Source: Cyanophyceae cyanobacterium (GTDB lineage: Bacteria > Cyanobacteriota > Cyanobacteriia > Cyanobacteriales > JBHJGN01). Taken from it: a DNA stretch of 64,000 bases. The DNA lies in assembly GCA_050331735.1 (NCBI GenBank), contig JBHJGN010000020.1, positions 32,001-96,000 on the forward strand, read 5' to 3'. The translations under genes were made by a program, and so were the position numbers. Under the pieces are notes generated by a model. The model saw nothing but the letters and a program-made list of their open reading frames with translations, was not told the origin of the DNA and made no database searches. Shown here piece by piece: positions 55,564 to 63,613 of the stretch. Positions within the stretch are counted from its first letter, which is position 1, and every line of letters begins with the position of its first letter.

Positions 55564-55751
55564 CGCTTGTTGCTGATAGCCTAAGTCTTACAGAAATTGG
55601 CGTGAGTCCTAGAAAGAGTTGTCTGGTTGACCAAGGGAAAAGATTCCGCAGGCTTGCAGGAGCCTCACTAATCCGTCAGTAGTATCAGGCTAACAAAGAG
55701 AGACAATGTGAGTAACCTCAAACAAGACGGTTGGATGCTCTCTACCGTTAG

Positions 55752-56702
55752 CTAGAGAAAGAGATCATTGAGCTTCATGCATGAGATTAGATTTGGCAAA
55801 ACGCTGTCGTGTAAATCTCGCGCCAGACGCTCCTGCTCGCGCGCTTGAGCCTCCAACACCTGCTTTTCTAAGCGCCGCCGCTGGGTCACATCTCGCTGCG
55901 ATGCGACCCAGTAAATAACGTTTTCCTCCTCATCTTGAAGCGACGCAATCTTCCACTCGAGAATGAACGGCTGACCGTCCTTGCGGTAGTTAATCGTTTC
56001 GGCACTAAAGCTCCCGGTTTTCAGTAAACTCTGGCGCAGCCGCCCCAAGACTGAGGGATCGGTCATCGGTCCTTGCAGAATTCGCGGTGTCTTTCCTAAC
56101 ACCTCGTCGCGCTCGTAGCCCGTCATTTCTGTGAAGGCTTGGTTAACGTAGATGATTTTGGGACCGCCGACTGCTAGCTCTAGTTCGGGTTCTGTAATCA
56201 CTATGATGTCGTTGGCTTTCTCGATGGCAGTTTCCAAAAGCCTCTGGTGTGCTTCAGCCTGTGCTAACTGCGTTGTGTCCTCGGCGATGTAGCAGCAACG
56301 AGGCGTTGAGTGCGACGACCCCTCGATGAAGTGAACCGTCACGCGCAGATGCCGTCGCTCTAGCTCGCACTTAAACTGGACTGAATGCTGTTCTGCTAGA
56401 CTTTGCCAAAAAGCTTGCTGCCACTGCTGACTCACTGGTTCTGGAACATTCAATTCTGCCAGCGTCTTGCCCTTGGCCTCTGCCTCGGTCGTCCTGAAGA
56501 AGGAGGCAGCTTGGGGATTGAGGGCGATGTGACGCGCAGGCTCCTTCAGCTCCACAATTCCTAACAAGACAGGAGCTGCCCGAAAAAAGCTACTGAGCGC
56601 GTGATCGCTTTCCTGCTGAGTGAGTTCCCGTTCGCTGAGGTGGTTCGGTACGTCGTCGCCAGTAATCAGTTCGTTCTCCACAAGCTTGGTTTTAAGACTC
56701 AT
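55752..56702 (-). pseudogene. Double-PAS sensor kinase truncated just after the HisKA_3 H-box
   Basis: PAS YVNQAFTEMTGY...GKTPRILQG...INYRKDG; EQERLARDLHDSV then stop; no HATPase domain. Confidence 0.72.
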
Positions 56703-57058
56703 TGTAATAATTTTAACTGTTTAAACAGGTTCTTTCTGTACGGAAAGCGTCAGGTTACTAAGGATGGTTTCGTACGGAAGGCAATGCTGACTGATGTTAC
56801 TGTAAAAGCAGGTTAAAAACTCTTTAAAAATACCTTCGAGCGGTCAACCTTTTGAGATTCTCTCAAAACTACTCGGCGAGCATTCAAACTTTTCATTTTT
56901 GATTAACACCATAAATAGTGGGTTTAGAAATCCAGGCTTAATAAAATTATCAACAATAAATTTTTCTGTTTCTGTAACGCATTTTTTAGGAAAAAGATGA
57001 TTTGTCTCCTGCTAAAACCTAGCTTGATTGGAGCCAAGATTTTAGAAAACTAGCTTTT

Positions 57059-57265
57059 GTGAATCAAAAAAGCCGGCAACTATACTCGGTTTATTTAACC
57101 GACTCAGCCGTGGAGTTACGTTGCGAAGAACACGTCGATCGTGAAGCAGGGCGGTTAGTTTGTAGCAAATTTAACTATCAAAGTATACTTAAATTTGCTA
57201 TTAATTTAGCCAAGCATAAACAGTGTCCTTTCTCAAACTCTGTATTGCCTGAAGCTCAGAGTTAG
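57059..57265 (+). CDS. Small hypothetical protein leading the receiver-Crp cluster
   Basis: 68-aa ORF 37 bp upstream of the receiver gene on the same strand. Confidence 0.55.
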   Translation: MNQKSRQLYSVYLTDSAVELRCEEHVDREAGRLVCSKFNYQSILKFAINLAKHKQCPFSNSVLPEAQS

Positions 57266-57302
57266 TTTGTTGAATTTATGAAGGAGGAACCATTTATTAG
57301 CT

Positions 57303-57704
57303 ATGAATTACGAACTGCTACCGCTTAGTGGGCTGCGAGTGCTAGTTGTTGATAATCACTGCGACAGTAGAGACTTGCTGAAAATAATCTTTGAAGTCTA
57401 CGGCATGACGGTAATGATGGCAGCCTCAGCAGGTGAGGCTCTCAAAATTCTTCAACAAGACACAATTGACCTTCTCGTTAGCGAAGTTCGTTTACCCAAC
57501 GAAGATGGCTACTCGCTGATGCGCCAGGTGAAAGCCAAAGTGGCGCGACGAGTTCCGGCGATCGCTCTGACAACTTGTGCGAGAGAATGCGATCGCTATC
57601 GTTCTCTGGCAGTCGGCTTTGATTATCACTTAACCAAACCGATTGAGATTGACGACTTAATGGCAACCGTTACCGAGCTAGCGAAAAAGCTACTGGTGGC
57701 TTAA
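57303..57704 (+). CDS. Single-domain response regulator with Glu at the phosphoacceptor position
   Basis: LRVLVVDN, DLLVSEVRLPNEDGY, PAIALT, LTKPI. Confidence 0.88.
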   Translation: MNYELLPLSGLRVLVVDNHCDSRDLLKIIFEVYGMTVMMAASAGEALKILQQDTIDLLVSEVRLPNEDGYSLMRQVKAKVARRVPAIALTTCARECDRYRSLAVGFDYHLTKPIEIDDLMATVTELAKKLLVA

Positions 57705-57749
57705 CCTGGGTACGCTGGCGTGCAACCTCTACACCTTGCTTGAGCTAAA

Positions 57750-58520
57750 ATGCTCTCAGAAACAATCAGGGTGTTGCTTCAAAAAGCTGTGACGAATTCT
57801 TTAGAACCTTCCTGGGAGCGCCAAAATCGCTTGCTTAACCTTTTTTCTGACAGCCTGTACGAGCGGCTTGCCCCCCAGCTAACACCAGTCTCCCTCTCTC
57901 AAGGAACAATCCTTCACTATCCCGGCGAAACAATTCACGATCTCTATTTTCCGATCGATTGCCTGATCTCGATTACTACCACCATGAAAGATGGCAGTAC
58001 AGCAGAGACAGGTTTAGTCGGCAATCGGGAAATCGTTGGCATCAATGCTTTTATGGGTGGTCGAGAAACGACCCAGACTGAATATGTTGTTCAGATTGCT
58101 GGCAGAGCCATCAAGATAGCTGCGTCGCTGATGCGCAAAGAGTTTGAGAACAATAAAGAGCTGCGCGACTTGATGTTGCGCTACACCCAAGCGCTAATTG
58201 CGCAAATTTTCCAAACTACTGCCTGCAACCGCCTCCATTTTCTCGAGCAGCGTTTGGCACGCTGGCTGCCTGAGGCGCAAGATCGGATTGATTTAAACGA
58301 GCTGAAGCTGACGCAGGAGTTTATCTCTCACATGCTGGGCGTGCGCCGCGCTGGCGTTACCCAAGCCGCCCAGCAGCTTCAGGAGCTAGGATACATTAAC
58401 TATAATCGCGGACGCATTCAGATCCTCGATCAGCAGGGCTTAGAAGAAACAGCGTGCGAGTGTTTTCTGGTCGTCAGAGACGAATACGATCGCCTGCTTG
58501 GAGATAAGTGCAGAAGCTAG
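57750..58520 (+). CDS. Crp/Fnr family transcriptional regulator
   Basis: QNRLL, YFP, VGNREIVG, ACNRLH.LEQRLARW, LTQEFISHMLGVRRAGVT HTH, ACEC. Confidence 0.93.
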   Translation: MLSETIRVLLQKAVTNSLEPSWERQNRLLNLFSDSLYERLAPQLTPVSLSQGTILHYPGETIHDLYFPIDCLISITTTMKDGSTAETGLVGNREIVGINAFMGGRETTQTEYVVQIAGRAIKIAASLMRKEFENNKELRDLMLRYTQALIAQIFQTTACNRLHFLEQRLARWLPEAQDRIDLNELKLTQEFISHMLGVRRAGVTQAAQQLQELGYINYNRGRIQILDQQGLEETACECFLVVRDEYDRLLGDKCRS

Positions 58521-58644
58521 ACCGGTTTTCTGGTACTTTTCCTGTCAGCAGAGTACAATTACCTAACTCTACACTGAGAGAAAACAAGGCAATTCTTGTC
58601 GGCAGGACTCACCTTTCTATCAAGCAACGAGGTCACTGTTAGCC

Positions 58645-59052
58645 GTGGTAGACAGAAAAACTGTGAAAAAAACGATAACAATTTTGCTGGTTGAGTCTGA
58701 TGATGAGGCGCGCAGGCTTTTTAAAACCAATCTGAGCAATTGGGGTTATCGCGTCGTTGCCACGTTAGACGAAGAAGACGCTATTGAACGGGCGATCGGC
58801 AGAGGCGATCGCCCAGATATCATTTTGATCAACCAGGTTGGGATATCGCTAGAAGAAACAAGGAACATGGTGCAGCGTATCTGCGAGCAAGCAGAGATTC
58901 CGAGCAGCACTCCAGTGGTGATCCTGGCTGAGCAGTATGGAGCAGATCTTGAAGGGAGAGATACTCAGGTCGGAGAGAACGAGTATATATCTTATCTTGA
59001 GGATGGGCAGCAATTGCTGAACCTTCTTGAATTTCTCTGCGGCGATAGGTAA
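58645..59052 (+). CDS. Atypical (pseudo) receiver domain protein
   Basis: ILLVESDD..R, GYRV, PDIILINQ (Asn for Asp), no KP. Confidence 0.75.
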   Translation: MVDRKTVKKTITILLVESDDEARRLFKTNLSNWGYRVVATLDEEDAIERAIGRGDRPDIILINQVGISLEETRNMVQRICEQAEIPSSTPVVILAEQYGADLEGRDTQVGENEYISYLEDGQQLLNLLEFLCGDR

Positions 59053-59108
59053 TACCATTTACCGAAAGTAGTGAGATAGTTCTCCTCACTAACAAAGAGT
59101 TGGCTCTT

Positions 59109-59164
59109 AAAAGGGAAAGGCTTGCTGTGTTTACCTTTGCCCCTTACCCTTTCCCCTTTTCCCC
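59109..59164. repeat. CCCTTTT-type heptamer tract with inverted arm
   Basis: AAAAGGGAAAGG...CCTTTGCCCCTTACCCTTTCCCCTTTTCCCC; complementary strand of the G-rich heptamers at 37.9 and 53.0 kb. Confidence 0.55.
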
Positions 59165-59369
59165 AACGGCTCAAGTCTCTCATGTCTTTTTCTAATTGGT
59201 ATTAATTACCTCTAGGATGGCTAATCAACCGTAGATCCTAGGATCAGCAATTCTCAGTTCGGCAAAGTACTTTAGTAATAATCCGCAATCTAGTTAACGA
59301 GTGAGCGAGTTTATCCTTTTTCCTGCTTTCAGTAGCTGATCTCACCTTTTTGATAGACCCGCTGGAAAT

Positions 59370-60053
59370 CTAGACCGCAGAGAGTTGCTCGACCTTTTCT
59401 TCGAGAGACTGCATCAGAGACTGGTAAGGCTGCACAAATTTGTCAATACCTTCCGCTAGTAAATGAACTACCCCGCCCTGCCTGACGGCTGAGGACAGAG
59501 TTTCTGACGCTTCAACATCCCTAGTTGTCTCATGCTTCCGCAGGAGTTCTGTCATGATCTCATCCAAATTAATGTTAATGTCTGGGTCTTTGAGACTAGC
59601 CAGTAAGTGCTCGGCTTCTGCCACTCCCGATTCAAGCCGATTGGAGGCAACATTGCAGTGGTCAGCACAGGCTTCTAGGGTCATCAGAGGCATAGTATTG
59701 ACGGTCATTGGACCAATCAACTCATTAACGTACATGACATCGCTGTACTAAGGATTTTTGGTGCTGGTACTCGCCCAGAGAAGACGCTGCACGTTAGCTC
59801 CCCGGTCTGCTAGGGTCTGCCAGCGATCGCTGCTGATGATCGCTTTGAATTTTTGATACGCTACCTTGGCTTTGGCGATCGCCACCTTGCCTGCGAGATT
59901 TTCTAAACGAGCTTCTTCTCCTAGCGTTTCGGTCCCAACGCTTTTCAGTCTTTTTTCAATCTGCTGGTCAACTTTAGAATGGATGCGGCTGAGGAAGAAA
60001 CTAGCAACAGAGGCAATGCGATTAATAGACTCACCTTTTGCTAGGCGTGCTTC
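59370..60053 (-). pseudogene. tal: Transaldolase pseudogene (C-terminal part only)
   Basis: EARLAKGESINRIASVASFFLSRI...GKVAIAKAK..YQ...QRLLWASTSTKNP*YSDVMYV...TVNTMP...AEGIDKF; TAG at 59748-59750, 84-bp insert, 5' part deleted. Confidence 0.9.
59463..59546 (-). mobile_element. 84-bp non-autonomous element resembling an IS200/IS605 right end
   Basis: Minus strand ends ACTCTGTCCT-CAGCCGTCAGGC-AGGGCGGGGT-AGTTCAT (subterminal hairpin plus TTCA); interrupts tal E|LLAEG in frame. Confidence 0.7.
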
Positions 60054-60181
60054 TGTAAATCTGTCCCGCAGATGGCGCTGGCAGTCAGCTTGACAATGAC
60101 ATCGTTAGGTTTTTGAAGTTTGGGGTCTAATACGTCATCGAGGCGAATATCTCCAACTCCGTGAAAAACAACAGCCTGCAT
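60054..60181 (-). pseudogene. Zn-dependent alcohol/formaldehyde dehydrogenase N-terminal remnant
   Basis: MQAVVFHGVGDIRLDDVLDPKLQKPNDVIVKLTASAICGTDL, then switches into tal sequence; AGGAG upstream. Confidence 0.88.
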
Positions 60182-60853
60182 GGTTAAATTAATTCTCCTT
60201 TTCGGTCTCGTTAGCTCCAAGGGGCACTCAAAGTTCTGGCACATCTGCTGTCCGTCAAGCTCAAGCCACTTTCACGCAGCATAGACGCAGGCAACTGCGA
60301 CTTTGGCAACGAGGTTTTCAGATTTACTCACGCAGCTTATTACACGAATTGTATTGTTTTTCTCTATCTAAAGAACGAGCTTTTACCATTACTTGAATTG
60401 AACAAAAACTATGTACGAATTCGTGTAGACAGGTGCTGTTTTTAGCAGCAATGCTTCTGTCTTTTCGGCATAAAAGTATTTTTTAAACTGAATAAAAAAG
60501 ATCGATGAGTTTTTCATGGACCTTTTTCAGTTTATTTCCGGATTTTTGGCCAAGTCTGCCAAAGATTAATATCTTGATTGTTTAACTTGTTAGGTGTCGG
60601 CCATCAATTTAACTTTAACTGGCTTGATTGCCTCTCCCCTCAGAAAGAGAAAGTGACTGAAATCTTTTTCTAAGGTTTAAAAACAATTTAAGCATCGTTG
60701 ATAACAACTTTAATTTTTTGTAGAAGAGGCTAACGTTAATCGAAGCTGAGTCGGCTAAATTCAGTGAGTAACGAAGCTTTGATAAACTGAGCGCGAATTT
60801 GAAGGGAGTTAACGGAGCAGCAAGCACTGGCAAATCCCACAGGAGAACTAAAC

Positions 60854-61900
60854 ATGGTAACTACATTGAACGATCCCAAGCGGCTAGCAATCGCCCAAAA
60901 ATTGGCAGATCTAAAAACCACTCAAGATCTAGTCATTGCCAACGAGCAAAAACTCATTGAGGACTGCCCCGAGCCGGAGATTCGTGAGCGTCTTCAAAGT
61001 ATGCTTGAAGATGATCGCAAAAACCGAGGCGTTTTAGAGACCGTCATTGTGGAGTACGGTATTCAGTCTGACCCCAACGACATGACCCAGAAGTTTGTGG
61101 AGCAGTCTGAGCAAATGATGTCTAAGGATCAGTTAACGTACTATCAGAAACTCGCTCAGCATGAGCTGCTCAAGCACGGTCAGACGATGAATGGCATCGT
61201 CATTCACAAAGCCGCTCAGGTCGTCGGGGCTGATATTGAAGTGGCCATTGCTCCTTTGAATACGGTCAACTTCGAGAATCGCGCTCATCAAGAACAGCTT
61301 AAGGGCATGCTCGAACAAATTGGGGTCCGCGAACTGACAGGTCAAGAAGCAGAGCAAGGACTGTGGGCACGAGTGCAAGATGTGATCGCTGCCTTTTCAG
61401 GAGTCGCTGGCAGCGCGATTACCCAAAATACCGACAAACAGGATCTCAACATCGAGACCCTCATTCGCCTAGATCACAATAAAGTCAATACTATCTTCAC
61501 GGAAATTGGCGCGACCAAAGAGCCTTACAAGCTGCAAGAGTACTTTGGGCAGCTCTATAAAGATTTGTTAGCCCACGCTCAAGCCGAAGAAGCGGTGGTC
61601 TATCCGCAAATTCGACCTTTCTACGGCGATGATGATACTCAAGAACTGTATGATGAGCAAGCGCAAATGAAGCAGATGCTCGATGTAATTCAATCTATCG
61701 CTCCGGCTGACGCTGACCAGTTCCGCTCAAAAATCAAAGATCTGATGGATGTGGTGGATGACCACATTCGTCAAGAAGAGAGCACGATGTTTGCAGCGAT
61801 CGATAATCATTGCAGTGAGGAACAGAAAGAGCAAATGGCAACTGACTTTAAGGCTGTTAAGAGCAAGCTTCAGCAAGATATGGTTGCCTCTGGGCAATAG
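60854..61900 (+). CDS. Ferritin-like plus hemerythrin (HHE) domain protein
   Basis: AGGAG RBS; N-terminal helical domain with QHELLK and ENRAHQEQL; C-terminal DHNKV, HAQAEE, HIRQEE. Confidence 0.82.
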   Translation: MVTTLNDPKRLAIAQKLADLKTTQDLVIANEQKLIEDCPEPEIRERLQSMLEDDRKNRGVLETVIVEYGIQSDPNDMTQKFVEQSEQMMSKDQLTYYQKLAQHELLKHGQTMNGIVIHKAAQVVGADIEVAIAPLNTVNFENRAHQEQLKGMLEQIGVRELTGQEAEQGLWARVQDVIAAFSGVAGSAITQNTDKQDLNIETLIRLDHNKVNTIFTEIGATKEPYKLQEYFGQLYKDLLAHAQAEEAVVYPQIRPFYGDDDTQELYDEQAQMKQMLDVIQSIAPADADQFRSKIKDLMDVVDDHIRQEESTMFAAIDNHCSEEQKEQMATDFKAVKSKLQQDMVASGQ

Positions 61901-61963
61901 CAACAAGCATCAAACAGGAACTTGTAATTCGCTATAGTGCCAGTAAGTTACAAGAAACTATTG

Positions 61964-62268
61964 ATGTCAGTTGCTAAAGCCATTGAAATGGTGGCGGCTT
62001 CAGCACAAAGCTTTGATGATGCCATCCAAGAAGGATTAACCGACACCGCGCGATCGCTCGCGGGCATCAGTGGGATAGAACTTCTCAAAACGTCTGCCGG
62101 AGATTCCTCCGGCAGATTTTTGAGATCGTCAACTGGACTGCCGATGTAGAAAACAATCAGCTCGGGCGTTATCAAGTGACGATGTACATGGCGTTTAAAG
62201 TTGAGCATCATTCAAGCACTTCCCAAGGCACAGATTCAGACTGCTCGCTCAGTTTTTGCCTCGGATGA
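61964..62268 (+). pseudogene. Dodecin-family protein frameshifted by a 44-bp insertion
   Basis: MSVAKAIEMVAASAQSFDDAIQEGL...ISGIE | IVNWTADVENNQLGRYQVTMYMAFKVEH once 62081-62124 is removed. Confidence 0.85.
62081..62124. mobile_element. 44-bp palindromic insertion (REP/MITE-like)
   Basis: CTCAAAA-CG-TCTGCCGGAG-ATTC-CTCCGGCAGA-T-TTTTGAG; removing it restores the dodecin frame. Confidence 0.7.
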
Positions 62269-62336
62269 AGATACCTGTTCGTTCCGCTCTTCTCCTCCGC
62301 TGTGGGAGCGGGATGAAGATTTCCCGGAGCTAAATT

Positions 62337-62726
62337 ATGGAATACTTGCACTGTTTTGCCAACGTTAGCCTCGTGCTCAGGTTGATGGAGTATTTAGAAA
62401 ACAATCCTGATCTACAGTTGAAAACGATCAGTGTCATTCACAACATTGACAAGTGGATTGTGAGAATTAAGCTGAAATTCCCTTTGTCTCTTGAGCGAGA
62501 CGGAGACTTTTGGGCGTTTTTAAATGAGTTGGGATTTCCCATTCATTTATCTAAACAGCTCCTACTGGTTTTCAAAGAGTTGGATACCGGAAAGTCTCCT
62601 CCTCAGATCAGGCATCGTTATCGGCTTGTTATTGTTGCTCACGGCTTCCCGATGCCAGAGGCCCTTGAAAACTTCCGGAAACAGTTTATTCTTGAACTTG
62701 GTTACTGTCCGCCCCACTTGTCTTAG
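62337..62726 (+). CDS. Conserved cyanobacterial hypothetical protein
   Basis: MEYL..ANVSL.LR..EYL, VIH.ID.WIVRI, AHG.P, LGYCP motifs; GGAG upstream. Confidence 0.72.
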   Translation: MEYLHCFANVSLVLRLMEYLENNPDLQLKTISVIHNIDKWIVRIKLKFPLSLERDGDFWAFLNELGFPIHLSKQLLLVFKELDTGKSPPQIRHRYRLVIVAHGFPMPEALENFRKQFILELGYCPPHLS

Positions 62727-62851
62727 TGCTGAATCATATAAAGCTTTGGCAGCGATTGATGAGGGCAGACTCGCTCTGAAGATGCCCACCCTGAAGTCCG
62801 CGCTCGCTTTTGTAAGCGGCAGAGAATTTAAGTTAAATCGGGTTGAGCTCC

Positions 62852-63508
62852 TTAATTGCTGTACAGTACAATCGGTTGGTTTGGCTCAACGACAACAACT
62901 CGGTCAGCCGTAATATTCCCAGTTGCAGCGCCCGCGGCAGCCCCACCAAGAATTTCTTCTACATTAGCTTCATCGCCGAGAACCTCACCAACAACTGCCC
63001 CGGCTGCTGCACCGATCCCGGCATCTTCTGCGATCGAGCCTGCTGAGGTATCGCGGGGATCTTTGACATCTTCAATGACCGCAGAAGTAGCGCTGAGCGA
63101 ATAAGAGTAACCGTCATAGACAACTGCCTCGGCTACATAACGCAGTCCTCCTTGGGCTGGTTCGTAGCGACCGACAATGGTTGCTCCATCCGGAATGACA
63201 ACGTTATCAATTTCTTGTCTTTCAAAAGCAACTAAGTTGTAGGAGTAAACGCGGTCATTGTTGAGATAAAGGGTTTGCTCTTGGGCACTAGTCGCTTGGA
63301 TAGAATTGCTTTGACTGATAAGAATTTGAGCCGATTCTGGAGCTTGCTCAAAGATATCTGCCCTGGATAAGCGCGCACGTTTTGTGCTTTGAGCTAGCCC
63401 TGTCTCTGGAACAAAGCTCAAACCTCCTAAAACGAGTGTCGAACTGGCAGCCAGAGTTGAAGCTTGACGAAATAAGGTAAGCTTTTTGCTTGAGTGATTG
63501 CTAGACAT
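62852..63508 (-). CDS. Secreted protein with glycine-zipper C-terminus
   Basis: Signal peptide; IPDGATIVGRYEPAQGG; DAGIGAAAGAVVG...LGGAAAGA; VVVVEP. Confidence 0.75.
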   Translation of the reverse strand: MSSNHSSKKLTLFRQASTLAASSTLVLGGLSFVPETGLAQSTKRARLSRADIFEQAPESAQILISQSNSIQATSAQEQTLYLNNDRVYSYNLVAFERQEIDNVVIPDGATIVGRYEPAQGGLRYVAEAVVYDGYSYSLSATSAVIEDVKDPRDTSAGSIAEDAGIGAAAGAVVGEVLGDEANVEEILGGAAAGAATGNITADRVVVVEPNQPIVLYSN

Positions 63509-63613
63509 TTTCGGATTTTCTTGATTTATCTGCGAATTTATGCTAGAAAAACTCCAAAATTGTCACCTCTATTGTTGGTTAGAGATGGTAGTCATAACAG
63601 GTGCGATCACCTA

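Noticed and set aside
56040..56160. LOV blue-light photoreceptor
   Set aside because: Motif is GKTPRILQG, lacking the Cys of NCRFLQ
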